Assembly (NCBI RefSeq): GCF_006345805.1
Contig: NC_043018.1
Coordinates: forward strand, 14,756,001 to 14,820,000
Direction of reading: 5' to 3'
DNA: 64,000 bases
Source: Octopus sinensis
Taxonomy: Eukaryota
Shown here: positions 52,069-64,000 of the stretch, in pieces
Layout of the letters: every line of letters starts with the position of its first letter
How positions within the stretch are numbered: the first letter of the stretch is position 1
Made by a program: the position numbers and the translations under genes
The notes under the pieces: generated by a model
Told to the model about the DNA's origin: nothing
The model's database searches: none
What the model saw: the letters and a program-made list of their open reading frames with translations, nothing else

Positions 52069-52277
52069 GTGACCTCGTGAGTACCACTGGCGATTTTTTT
52101 TCCTCTGTCTTCCCTTCTCGGGATCTTTCCTTCTCCTATGTTTCCGACGAAGAGCTCCGCTCGAAACGTTAAACCCTCCTTCTTCCCTTCTTTCCTGAGT
52201 GTCCAGTAATACTTTATTTGTTCCACGTCCTTGCGTTGTTGTGTTTTTTGTTTTTTTGTTTTCTTGTTTGAATTAAC
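52068..52277 (+). mobile_element. Short PLE-like element inside (TA)n
   Basis: Same ends as 20476-20668. (TA)n on both sides. Confidence 0.65.
52140..52174 (+). ncRNA. Minimal type I hammerhead-like motif, U4C variant
   Basis: GTTT-CCGACGA-A-GAGC(TCC)GCTC-GAAA-CG-TT-AAAC. Confidence 0.55.
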
Positions 52278-52617
52278 TATATATATATATACACACACAC
52301 ACGGACACACCCACATACTTTATAATTGTATTTCTTTTCTAATTGTTCTCACTAATTAGTATATATACTGTTCTTTCTTTGCCTATTTTTAATTGAGACA
52401 TTTCTTACTATTTCCAAGTCAATCCACGTTGATCCTTGTTACGAATTTTGTAGTTTGTATCAGATATTAGCTACGTCATCAACAACATACGCGAATCTCA
52501 GAATGTGATAAGGGAATAAATTCAGTATAACAACACATAAGCACACACACACACACACATGTACACACATATATATAGGCATAAATACATGCATGCATAG
52601 TCATTCGTATATGTGCG

Positions 52618-52666
<49 letters not shown>

Positions 52667-52695
52667 GCATATATACATATATGTATACGTATGTA

Positions 52696-52726
<31 letters not shown>

Positions 52727-52772
52727 GCATGTGTATATATATGTATATATATATATATATGTATATGTGTGT

Positions 52773-52852
<80 letters not shown>

Positions 52853-53034
52853 ATATTATGTGTGCATGTGTGTGTATGCCTGTATGTATTCGTTTCAGTT
52901 TTTGGCCAAGATACGATATCTCAGATCCAATCTAAGATGTTTCGTTGAATGTGAAGCAATTACATCATTCTCGAATTTTCGTACCCATTAAAACTACATA
53001 TACTGTGATATGCAGTTTCTATTCCCAACGCTTC

Positions 53035-53035
53035 A

Positions 53036-53096
<61 letters not shown>

Positions 53097-53118
53097 CATT
53101 ATTATTATTATTATTATG

Positions 53119-53150
<32 letters not shown>

Positions 53151-53214
53151 TATGATCATTATCATTATTATTATTATTATTATGATCATTATCATTATTA
53201 TTATTATTATTATG

Positions 53215-53261
<47 letters not shown>

Positions 53262-53283
53262 CATTATTATTATAATAATAATA

Positions 53284-53320
<37 letters not shown>
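53035..53320. repeat. (ATT)n microsatellite with recurring ATGATCATTATC interruptions
   Basis: Direct reading. Confidence 0.95.
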
Positions 53321-53321
<1 letters not shown>

Positions 53322-53739
53322 ATGACAAAATGTCTGCAAATATTTGTTGAAAAAGACAATGCATATCTGCTTTTAATGGTTGCGATGATTCAATTTACAC
53401 ACACACACACTTACACCATTCACTCACACACACACAAACATTATGTATTATATATATATACACACAGATTATTGTGTGTATGTATGTATATATATATATA
53501 TATATCTGCGCACTCTTAAACCGCAGCGTCCCGGTCGCTTTTAATGATGCTCTACGTCATCTCTCATTGAACATCTTTACGACGGGGCCACTTAAAGAGT
53601 TTAACCATTTCGTTAATATTTTAATACGAAGCTGTCTTCCTTGAAATACTTATTACCTCCGCCATGATGAAAGACAAGAATGAGACACGTTTCTCGTTCC
53701 TCAGTCCTTCTTTCTGCATCTCTTTTACTCCCTCTCTTT

Positions 53740-54245
53740 TCTTACTCTATCTCTCTCTCTCTCTTTCTCTCTTTTTCCATCTCTCCTCGTGCCTCATATC
53801 TTTTCTTCCTTTCTGTTTTCTAACTCATCCTTTCTGCCTCTCCCATGTCGTATAACTCCCCCCTCCTCCTCCTCCCCACCCTCTCCTCCTCCCTTCTCTA
53901 TCTCTCTCTCTCTCTTTCTCACTCCCTCACATCTTGTATCTCTTCTTTTATCTCTTCCATATCCTCTTCCTCCTCTGATTCTCGTTTTCACGTCTTGCAT
54001 CTCTTCTCCTATCTCTTCCTCCTCCCTCCTTCTCCTCCTTCTCCCCCATCCTCCTCCTCCTCTCTCCCTCCCTCACATCTTGTATCTCTTATTTTATTCT
54101 CTTTCACATCCTCTTCCTCCTCTGATTCTCTTTTTCACGTCTTGCATCTCTTCTCCTATCTCTTCCTCCTCCTTCTCCTTCTCCTCCCCTCCTCCCCTCC
54201 TCCTCCTCATTCCGCTCATCCTGTTCTCTCTCTCTCTCTCTCTCC
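53740..54245. repeat. Polypyrimidine tract with an internal duplication of about 100 bp
   Basis: CTCCCTCACATCTTGTATCTC...TTTTCACGTCTTGCATCTC occurs at about 53923 and 54068. Confidence 0.85.
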
Positions 54246-56077
54246 TACTGAAAATTTTTTTCTGCAATAATGAAGATCAGATTATCTCATTTGTCTGGAA
54301 TGATCTACAATTTAAATGTATTTTTAACGACTGACATGATCATCATCAGCAGCAGTAGCATCACTCTTAACCTCCCCTCCATCATCATCATCATCATCGT
54401 CATCATCAGCATCATCATTACCATCATCATCACTACCATCATAAACATGTGGCTTTCATCTGCTATAGTATTTACCATATAGTTTTAATTTACTAAGGTG
54501 TAAAAACTTCTACAAGTTTTTTGTCTGTAAATGTGAATGTGTATATGTGTATAGATATGTGTATGTACTTTTGTGTGTAGGGCGTATTTCTGTGCATATC
54601 TCTATGCAAATATGAGTGTGTGCATGTATGTGTATTCGTTTGTGTATTTTCGCATCTTAGGTTTCTTCCATTCGTTTTTTTGTTTTTGTTTTTGTTTTCT
54701 CTTTGTTTCTACTTCGTGTTTTAAAAATTTATTTTCTTCTTCATTTTTATTCATTTATTTATTTTTTTTTTCAATTTAGGATTTTGTGGAATTGAATGTC
54801 ATCAATTTTTATCTCGCTGGTTGTGTGTATGCGTGCTCGTGTGTGTTTGCATACATATATGTAGTTGTTTTTTTTTTCTAGAGAAGCCAGCAGATTCTGT
54901 TGACCGCACAGTAAGCATGTACGACGGATTAACCACGAATGCTTTAAAACGCACTATGTACAACAAACACATTCGTTTAGACCTAAATGCCTGAATAACG
55001 CGATATTTCTTTAAATAAAAAAAAATAAAAATAAAAATAAAAACAGATCAGCATGATACAAGCATCAGAAGAATTACCTAACACGTCTAACAATTTATTA
55101 ACTCGCCAAAGGTTGAGAGTTCACCCGGTCACTGTTACCTTCGAAGTTTGTTATCGTTTATTAATAGTTGGCCACTTAATGCGCCGAACGAAATGCTTTA
55201 CGACAGACAATAATTTTGTTTTTCAACCTTTCGGGTCGCTAAAATAAAGTATGAACAGTTACTGGGGTTGCTAAAATAAGTACCAGTTATGTACCGGGAT
55301 CACTAAAATCGACTACTCTCGCCACTCCACCATTGCCACTAAGAATAGAATGAGGCCTTGTGCCTATGTAATGAATCGTTATCAAAGACTGCATATAAGT
55401 CAGCCTCGTCCGTCCAGCTTAGTTTTACGGCAAATCTCTAATCGTTATAAAATATGATATACCAATTAATACAAGTCTTTATATGCCTGAAATCATCTGG
55501 CGACACGGTTAATTTGCATTAAAAACACCGGAGTTAAGCAGGGATATGCTTGGTTACCATTTCAATGAGTGTTTATTCAAAAAAACCTTCTCTCTGTCTA
55601 AACATGTTGTATATCTTTATTTAAAGAGGCGAAGCTTTCTAAATAATTCTAGCAGTTTATCTCTCTTGGAAATGACAACGGAATCAAATCTAACTACAAA
55701 CAGTCAAGGATCAAATGAACGCTACAGCATCGTATTTCTATTTCGCTAGAATACAAATTGTTTGATACAAATTGTTGTTGTTGGTAACTAGCTGGTGGTT
55801 AATTTTTATAAAGTAGACCTATAATCAATAGTGTTCCGGCCGTGACCATCTTGTCTGTGTGTATTAGGAACTTCTCTGTGAATGTAACGTTAGCAAGAGT
55901 GCAGCCCTGTGCTTAGTGTCGGGTTCACAATCGTAATGTCGTGCTTTCGATTCTTGGACCAGGTGCTGCCTTGATTCTTTGAGCAAGGCACTTCATTTCT
56001 AGTTGAACCAGTCCAGTACTCTCTCTCTCTCTTTCTCTCTCTCTTTCTATCTCTCTCTTTCTCTCTCTCTCTGCCTT

Positions 56078-56109
<32 letters not shown>

Positions 56110-56662
56110 ATTTATCCCACCCTGGAAGCTCAGCCGAGTCAATGGTTGGAGAGCTCGCGACCACAATGACGCCAAGAACAATCTGGGAAACCATAATTCA
56201 TGCTACCAAGTTTTCTTCGATACAAATTGACAGTTGTAAGTCTGTGATTGGAGGGAGATTTGGCTGCAATTTCTCTCCGATAGTCGGTTCGAGTAACTTC
56301 ATATTGTAATAGCTAGTGCCTATATAATATACTGTAATGTTTGGAGTTTAAATAATCAACATATTCATCCATTATTGCAGTGTGTTGACAATTGATATTC
56401 AGTCAATACACAGGCAACAAGCTGTTTACAATTACAATATTTAGCTTTGTTTCATTTTGGTCTGATTTCAAATCCTATCTGGATGACTTGGCTCTTATTT
56501 CCAGCATTTGAAATGACTTAATAGAGCTTCCCTTTTTGGTTATTAAGTTTTATTTCGCATACCCTCGGGTATAAAATTCGGGTTTCTTGTAGACTAAACA
56601 CTGATATATAGGGGCGGTGGGGTTAGATGACATAGAATGATGTCATTTACGTGACTCTCATG

Positions 56663-57064
56663 AGGCGCAGGAGTGGCTGTGTGGTAAATAGCTTGCTTAC
56701 CAAACACATGGTTCCGGGTTCAGTCCCACTGCGTGGCACCTTGGGGAAGTGTCTTCTACTATAGCCTCGGACCGACTAAAGCCTTGTGAGTGGATTTCGT
56801 AGATGGAAACTGAAAGAAGCCCGTCGTATATATATATGTGTGCGTGTATGTTTGTGTGTCTGTGTTTGTCCCCCTCGCATTGCTTGACAACCGATGCCGG
56901 TGTATTTACGTCCCCTTATCTTAGCGGTACGGCAAAAGAGACCGATAGAATAAGTACTAGGCTTACAAAGAATAAGACCTGGGGTCGATTTGCTCGACTA
57001 AAAAAGCGGTGCGCCAGCATGGCCGCAGTCAAAATGGCTGAAACAAGTAAAAAGAGTAAAAGAG
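56663..57064 (+). mobile_element. SINE family A, full length
   Basis: Matches the family A consensus. Confidence 0.93.
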
Positions 57065-57152
57065 TGTGTTGCTTTTGTGGAACTTCCCAATAAATAAACT
57101 CTAGCGAATGTTGTGAAAAGTCCTTTGTTCCGCTTCAGTACGTAACAATGAA

Positions 57153-57218
<66 letters not shown>

Positions 57219-57329
57219 TGTGTGTACTCGTACATTAATATAAGTATATGTATGCAGTTATGATTCTTTCTTGTATATGTATGTGGATACATATATATAC
57301 TTATACATGCGGAGACAGAAACAAATCTT

Positions 57330-57391
57330 TTAATATGCAATAAAACGTTTTATATGAATAATACAAGTATTGTTGCAGCAGCTGCTGCTGG

Positions 57392-57422
<31 letters not shown>

Positions 57423-57713
57423 GACTGTCAAAGATTTTCCGTAACTTGAGAACACAGTAGTAATTCGATTACAAACCGGAAGCTTTCCATTTATTTCGTT
57501 AATACTTTTTCGGAGGCATGGCAACTTAATGAACTTCCATTTCTTTATCCTGACGTAATTAAACAGTCCAATAAAGATAATCAAATTAACAAGGTGTGAG
57601 CTGTAGCCAAGGCCAAGTCTCATAACTGAATACATCTCGGTTTTCCTGGTTGTCTGTCTGTTAGTATTTTTAGCAAAACCAGCGTCACATTTTGAACACG
57701 TGACAGTTTGCAA
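57330..57713 (-). CDS. Unexplained 127-codon ORF with a hydrophobic TM-like segment
   Basis: GLGYSSHLVNLIIFIGLFNYVRIKKWKFIKLPCLRKSI: hydrophobic stretch followed by basic residues. Splice support is weak. Confidence 0.2.
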
Positions 57714-57949
57714 TATTTACACGCTTCGCAGGCTCGCTGGATATAGTTATGGTTGCAACAGAAAAAAGAAATCAATCAATAAACATAATTCGAACACTGA
57801 TGTTTGTAAATAGAAAATATGAAGAAAATTATTTTGAAAATATAATATAAATTGTATTTTTAAATAACAATAGGGACAGCCCCCCCCCCCAAAAAAAATA
57901 CCACCACAACCAACAAAGACATTCTGTCATTTCGTTAACGTTTTGTGTC

Positions 57950-58480
57950 AAGAAGAGCAACTTGGATTAAGTCAGCTCAAAGAAAAGGTGAATGAGTGGA
58001 CGAAGCGTGTAACAAAAGGCAGTACCTCCTTGCTCGACGAATATTCCAGGAAAGGTGAAGAGAAAGGGGACTTAACTTTGTTTTACAAAAAATGGCATGG
58101 ATTATTTCGAGTCGTCAACAGACAGGATGAAGGAGATCGTGGGTTATGTGCGTCAGGATGTTTATTTCAGCGACTTGGACAAGACGAATCGATTAAACAC
58201 CAAAGCTTGTCAAAGCCAGATGAGCTTCTTGAGTGCCAATGCAACCATAGCCTGGAGAGGTGGGCACCGACAGGATAACTAAAACCAGGGAAACACTTGA
58301 ACTGAAGTTACACCATTATTACCAGACTAGTCAAATTCACAAAGGAAACTCAAGAACGTTATGGATAGAAAAGATTGTTCAAAAATATTTCAGGTACCCC
58401 CAACAGCAGAAATATTTTGGGAAAATGGAAGATATATGCATATTCGCCACAGTCTTCTGCACAGTTTTTCCTTAATCAGA
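57950..58480 (+). mobile_element. Decayed retrotransposon ORF remnant, probably R4/Dong pre-RT region
   Basis: DLDKTNRLN and PPTAEIFWEN resemble R4/Dong linker motifs. Multiple frameshifts. Confidence 0.35.
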
Positions 58481-59741
58481 TTCGACTTGTAGGTCATTAG
58501 TAAATCCGTGATATTTGATTGCTGACAGCTGGCCAAAGCGCCATAGCGTGTGGTCGAACTATAACCATGTGGTTCCAAAGAGAATTTCATAACCAGACAA
58601 CCAAACCAAGGCCGATTTGGTTATCATGTGTGCGATTAGACCGAGATTGAACGTAAGAACTTATATTTTGCATCTATGTATACATGGCACTGATTAAGAG
58701 ACTAAATCTTTAATAAAAAAAAATACTTTGTCAAGAAAAATTAAAACAAAAATAACAAAAAAGGGTATAAAAAGTTTAATTATCAGAAACTATTTTCCAT
58801 CAATGAAGACGTTAGTTCCAGTTGAGCTGAAGAATCTTTTGTTTAAAATAACCCAGTTTGCTTTTAACAAAAAGTGAGAAAGGGACACGAGGCTTTCACG
58901 AAACAATAGAGATTTATTTCGCATGTTTAAACTTCCTTTTTTTCTTTTCTTTCCTGTGCGATTTTTTTTTTTAGCGGCTTCAGATTCTGTCGAGATATTT
59001 TAATAAGATCTTTAAAGTAAAGTTGTTCAGAGATAAAGAACTTCTAGTTTATAAGGAGATAAGAAGTGTGAAATCACATGTACGAAACGTTGTCTTTAAT
59101 AAACAAACAATCCACAAAACGACTTCGCTTCGTTTCTTTAATTTTTCTTGTGTTTTCTTTATCTTTTTTATCTTCTCTTTGTTATTCGTTTTCTTTTCGT
59201 TATTATCATTATTATTATTTAGGACTTCCTTTCTCGTTATCACTCTTTTATTTTATCTCCCCACCCACCACTTTCTGACTCTTGTTCTTTCTCTCTTGTT
59301 CTTCCCTCCCATCTTCCTCTTTATCTCTATCTTCCTCCCTCCCCTCCTTCCCCCTCTCTTTCCTAGTCCCTTCTTTCTTTCTAGCTCATTCCCCTCTTTC
59401 TATCTGTCGCAATCTCTTTTTTTTTTTTTTCTTATTTTTCCTTCTGGATTTTCTTCTGAATTTAAACAAGTCGAGACGGACGCCTTTTCTTTATATGAAA
59501 TAAATAACCTCTTTGATGTGTTCCCTCTTAAACCAGCCCCCAGAAGTGAGACCGCAGACACGTAGCCAACCCAAGTTGGATCACCCAAACAGCCGACATT
59601 TGCTGTTACTTAACATATCACCTGTTAAGAGCAGGGTGGGAGTTAGAGATTAGCAAATCAATGATATTTCGTCATTTTTCGCCATTGTTTGATCTGATCC
59701 ACCATTACATTGACAAAGTTGGGAGAGCAGCTTTTCTTTTC

Positions 59742-59828
<87 letters not shown>

Positions 59829-60069
59829 TTCCATCTCTATTTGTCTATGTATCTTCCCTCTCTCTCTCTCTCTCAGAATTATTTTTATTCTTCGCAGAAT
59901 CCAAGTCAGTCCCTAACAAAGACATAAGATTTGTTTGTGTCTGATTCAAGTTAATGTTTGTACAGATGTGGTTGCATCTATGGTTATATTGGCACTTCTG
60001 TTTCTTTTGGTCACGAATTTCTGCGTTTCGTTATACTTTTGTGTGGTGAATGTCATATATACACAAGCA

Positions 60070-60880
60070 TGCGTACAAGCTCATTCCAGGAAACTCAAAT
60101 GCTAGATGTTTGCAACTGTTTCACAAAGATTCCCTCTGCCACTAACAGATTAAATTTGGAGGATACAGATTAGTTTGCTTTGTTCTTTCTTGGAGAATCC
60201 CGACAGAGCCCAGTGCACCTATGGTACTTGGTGTAAGCGAGGATTCATCACCATGACAACCGTTGCAGTAAGTTCCGCCTTGATTCATCATTGATGATTT
60301 TTTTTTTCCTTACAACTTTTCTTGCCAATGTTCTTAGTTTCTTCTCTTTTTGCAAATTTCGTGTGTCTGATATTTCGCTGATGTAACCAATGTTTCTACC
60401 CACGTTTCTGTTTAAATACTCAGAGAAGCAACTCAGAGGTTCTTCACTGTCTTTCAAGATGTTACGATTTTTACCGTTGATTACACGTTTCTACTCATTT
60501 CTCCCGTTACTACTCAATAGGTGTTGTTTGAACAATAGCATACGGCACTCAGAAATCGTTTGGACTAATCTTGTGTCTCTACTTCTAGCCCTTCCTCTAA
60601 CATGGAACATGTTAGTGCTATTGTTCAGGCGGAAGCCATCTATGATGATTGATATCTTCCTCGTCTTCATGTCCAAGTTGCAGACATTTCCAATCATCCA
60701 GTCTAGTATCCTAAGCGTTGGTATTAGCGCTGATGCAACATAAAACGGACGACATGGGAATACAATCTGCTGGAATGCAGGCAGCTTTGACTTCTTCAGG
60801 TCTGAAGTCTGCCGATGTATTCCTTTGTCATTCTGGTTTTGCTCACAGAATCAACGTATGCAGTGTTCTTGCCAATTCCT
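60070..60880 (-). mobile_element. Decayed R4/Dong-like C-terminal region (zinc knuckle + restriction-like endonuclease)
   Basis: Frameshifted KC...DINH.IIDG, ISDTRNLQKEKKLRTLAR, TIGALGSVG and ETVANI fragments, in the expected order. Confidence 0.6.
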
Positions 60881-61716
60881 ACTTAGAGAATTCATCATTG
60901 TATTGTCTTCTTCTTGTCTTGAGACAGCATTCACCCGGGGTGGATTGAGCTGGTTTCATTCATCCTCAATGCTGCATCTCTCACATGCAGCATCTTTTTA
61001 ATTCATTATTGGAGACAGATGGACCTGCCATTGAGATTAATAATCCTCGATATTTACCTTACTGTATGCATATTCATATGCATATGCCCGTCTGTCTGAC
61101 TGACCGCATGTCTGCTTATTTTGATGTGCGCGCGTGTGTGGGGGGGATGCTCCCCCTACATTACTGCGTATATAATCACATTACTATGTATACATTCACG
61201 TTTTTGCATAATTTGTATAAATTTGTTTTTACAGGAAACATAACCATGGATATCATTTCTGTGATATGCAAAATGTTTCTCTTCCAGATCTTTGCGAGGG
61301 TACGGTGTGGTCCACCAATTCTGGAGTCGCCTGGGAGGTTATCGGGTGACAAAGACTTAATGAAAACCTCACTACTGACCCGTGGTATATTTTTTTTTCC
61401 TCTTCTCTTTTCATCAATGTATTTATTCTTCCTGCCGTTTGTTCAGCAGTTATGGAGTGTGTGATGCTACCTAATCAACCGAATAGTTATCGTCGAGACC
61501 GACGGAAATCCTTTTAATTTCTTAATCCCAAATGCGCCACTTTTATATTGCTTCGGTTTCTGCTTAAAACCCAGACTTTTGTTTCCTGTGTAGGAAAGGT
61601 TTTGATGAGGTGGCGGTGGGTAGTGGGTGGTGGTGGTGGTTGTGGTGGTGGCATTGGGGTATGAGGGTATATTTCCGAGGTAAACAACAAAACAAAAATA
61701 ACACCCAAGGAATATC

Positions 61717-61890
61717 AACCACCACCACCACCACCACCACCACCACCACCACTACCACCACCATCCCCACCACCACCATCACTATCACCACCACCACCAA
61801 CATCACCACCATCACCACCATCACCACCATCACCACCATCACCATCACCACCACCACCACCAACACCACCAACACCACCACCGCCACTGC
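61717..61890. repeat. (CCA)n microsatellite
   Basis: Direct reading. Confidence 0.95.
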
Positions 61891-62061
61891 CACAAAGCGC
61901 CTAACCTCGCCATTACTACAACCACCTGATACCTCTTCGGCAATCATCACTACAACGTTATATCTTCTAACGGTTTAAAAAACATTTAACAGTATTCCGT
62001 TCATCATTATACACATCCATTACATTCTGTTAAAATGTTTTATTGAGGGTTTCTTTCTTTC

Positions 62062-62148
62062 TTTCTCTGATGAGAAGATTACCTTGTTTTACACCATTTT
62101 ATTCCTTTGGAATAATACCAATGTTGTCTTCGAAACATGTGTCGGAAG
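62062..62148 (+). ncRNA. Type I hammerhead ribozyme candidate with a fully canonical core
   Basis: Stem I TTTCT/GGAAG, CTGATGA (62067-62073), stem II GAAGA/TCTTC with an internal TTATTCC/GGAATAA hairpin, GAAA (62132-62135), stem III ACA-TG-TGT, GTC cleavage triplet (after 62143). Confidence 0.8.
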
Positions 62149-62734
62149 TAAAAGAATTTGAATAACACCTGCGTTTAACTCCATTTATATATATATATAG
62201 CTATACGTGGTCTGGTACATAGCTATAAGGGCTACAAATATTGGGATTAGAAATGTAACTGACCAAATCAACCCAGCACTTAACTGCTACTTTATTTGGC
62301 AGGCGCAGAAAGGATGAATAGCAGTAGTTGATGTAAATAGATGTAAATAATACAAGGAAATGCTTGAGCCGATTGTTTGTCAAATTTGCTTTAGATAACA
62401 ATTGCATACATGAGAGATGTCAGTCCCCAAACAACTTTCCATACGAGACAGACTCATCAAGTGGCAACTATTGTACACACACACACACACTCACGCACAC
62501 TCATTGTTTTGTTATCGACACTTAGTAACCCTAGACACACACAGATACAATTTTTGAAGTCATAGAGATAGTATTATGTCTCTTTTCCGTTTTGGTGGAA
62601 TCAACAACAAAAAAAGTACTTCATACTGTGAGAGACAAATATCACTTACACCACATGCACGTTCATCAGTATATACATACATACATATATACATATATAC
62701 ATATATACATATATATATATTATATATATATATA

Positions 62735-62940
62735 CTTTATTTAAAAGCAGCAGAAAATTCAACGAAACCTGTTACTCTGAGTTTCATCTAGCAAAAACTG
62801 TTCGACGAACGGGAACGTGGAACTCAGAGTAACAGGTTTTGTTGAATTTTCTGCTGCTTTTAAATAAAGCATATTACACTACCACTGGTATTTGAGTACT
62901 CTTTTTTCCACATTGTTTCATATTTATGTGTTTACTCCGG
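62735..62940 (+). mobile_element. PLE-like (TA)n-flanked element with a 52-bp inverted 5' arm and decayed hammerhead (62798-62835)
   Basis: Arms 62735-62786 and 62818-62869 differ at only two positions, both G-U compatible. Same family as 43817. Confidence 0.7.
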
Positions 62941-62967
62941 TATATGTATATATGTATATATATATAT

Positions 62968-63035
<68 letters not shown>

Positions 63036-63084
63036 ATGTATGTATGTATGTATGTAAGTATATTTATGTGTGTGTGTATGTTTG

Positions 63085-63367
63085 CCACCACACTCATCAC
63101 TTGACAACCGATGCTGGTATGATTACGTCCCCGAAATTTAGCGGTTCAACAAAAGAGACGGATAAAGTAAGTGCTAGGCTTACTGGTAATAAACCCTGGG
63201 GTCGATTACATCGACCCCAGTGCTTAACTGGTACTTATTTAATCGAGCCCGAAAGGATAAAAGGCAAAGTCGACCTCGGCGGAATTTGAACTCAAAACGT
63301 AACGGCAGACGAAATACCGCCAAGTATTTCGCCCTGCATGCTAACGTTTCTGCCAGCTCGCCGCCCT
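63085..63367. mobile_element. Chimeric junction: SINE A 3' part (+) fused to SINE B (-)
   Basis: The switch occurs at the shared CTGGGGTCGA motif and creates the hairpin CTGGGGTCGA-TTACA-TCGACCCCAG (63196-63220). Confidence 0.75.
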
Positions 63368-63445
63368 AAAAAAGAGAATATTCGATGAGGAAAAATTGCG
63401 ATGATGAACAGCTAAAAAGAACATTGAAGGAACACAGCAGCAGCT

Positions 63446-63477
<32 letters not shown>

Positions 63478-63602
63478 CACAACTAGCAACAGTCGATAGT
63501 AAAACTAGTTGTTGTTGGTGTTGTATTTTCTTTTCTTTTTCTCTTTTTTTGTTTGTTTGTTATTGGGGATATTCTTTTTTGGAATTTCAGAAAAGCCAAA
63601 TA

Positions 63603-63830
63603 CCCATTTCTTTATTACCCACAAGGGGCTAAACACAGAGGGAACAAACAAGGACAGACATAGGTATTAAGTCGATTACATCGACCGCAGTGCGTAACTG
63701 GTACTTAGTTTATCGACCCCGAAAGGATGAAAGGCAAAGTCGACCTCGGCAGAATTCGAACTCACAACGTAACGCAGACGAAATACCGCTAAGCATTTCG
63801 CCCGCTGAGCTAACGTTTCTGCCAGCTCGC
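63603..63830 (-). mobile_element. SINE family B, full length
   Basis: Reverse complement matches the family B consensus. Confidence 0.9.
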
Positions 63831-64000
63831 GCCAAATTCCGTTCCTTCTGTAGAGCAGCGAAAAAGTTTTGTCAGATGTTGCAACTATTTGTCAGAAAGA
63901 TACCCAAAGTTTGTAAGCATGCGTGTGTGTGTGTGTCTGTACGTGTGTCTGTATGAGTATATGTGCCTGCATGTGTGTGTGTGTGTATGTGCGCGCGCGC

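Noticed and set aside
60196-60267. Plus-strand 72-nt exon candidate with strong splice sites (NPDRAQCTYGTWCKRGFITMTTVA)
   Set aside because: The opposite strand encodes the R4/Dong IGALGSV motif, so the splice-like sites are likely incidental.
62610-62670. Minus-strand CTGATGA...GAAGTAC hammerhead-like string
   Set aside because: GAAA is altered and stem I does not pair.

Overview
Eukaryotic, AT-rich, microsatellite-saturated DNA with one 100-N gap (3305-3404). The SINE types and microsatellite load suggest a coleoid cephalopod, probably Octopus; this is inference, not a database result. There is no intact multi-exon gene, no rRNA, no true tRNA and no CRISPR. Most long ORFs in the track are translations of simple repeats. 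Mobile-element content: four tRNA-headed SINE families (called A-D here), non-autonomous Helitrons, a decayed Gypsy pol split by a Helitron, two mariner remnants, several R4/Dong-like fragments, L1/Tx1-like remnants and a Penelope-like (PLE) GIY-YIG endonuclease. The main signal is a set of type I hammerhead-ribozyme-like folds from at least six unrelated sequence families (about 20547, 28927, 40005, 42738, 43870, 52140, 62062, 62798, plus a partial one at 26229). Most sit in short elements next to (TA)n or (AAT)n tracts and have palindromic stem III. Some carry non-canonical cores (U4C in both copies of one family, A6U, an extra A after A9). A few isolated host-exon candidates exist; the best is 17597-17764 on the minus strand. 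All protein-family calls come from motif recognition by eye and need HMM confirmation.
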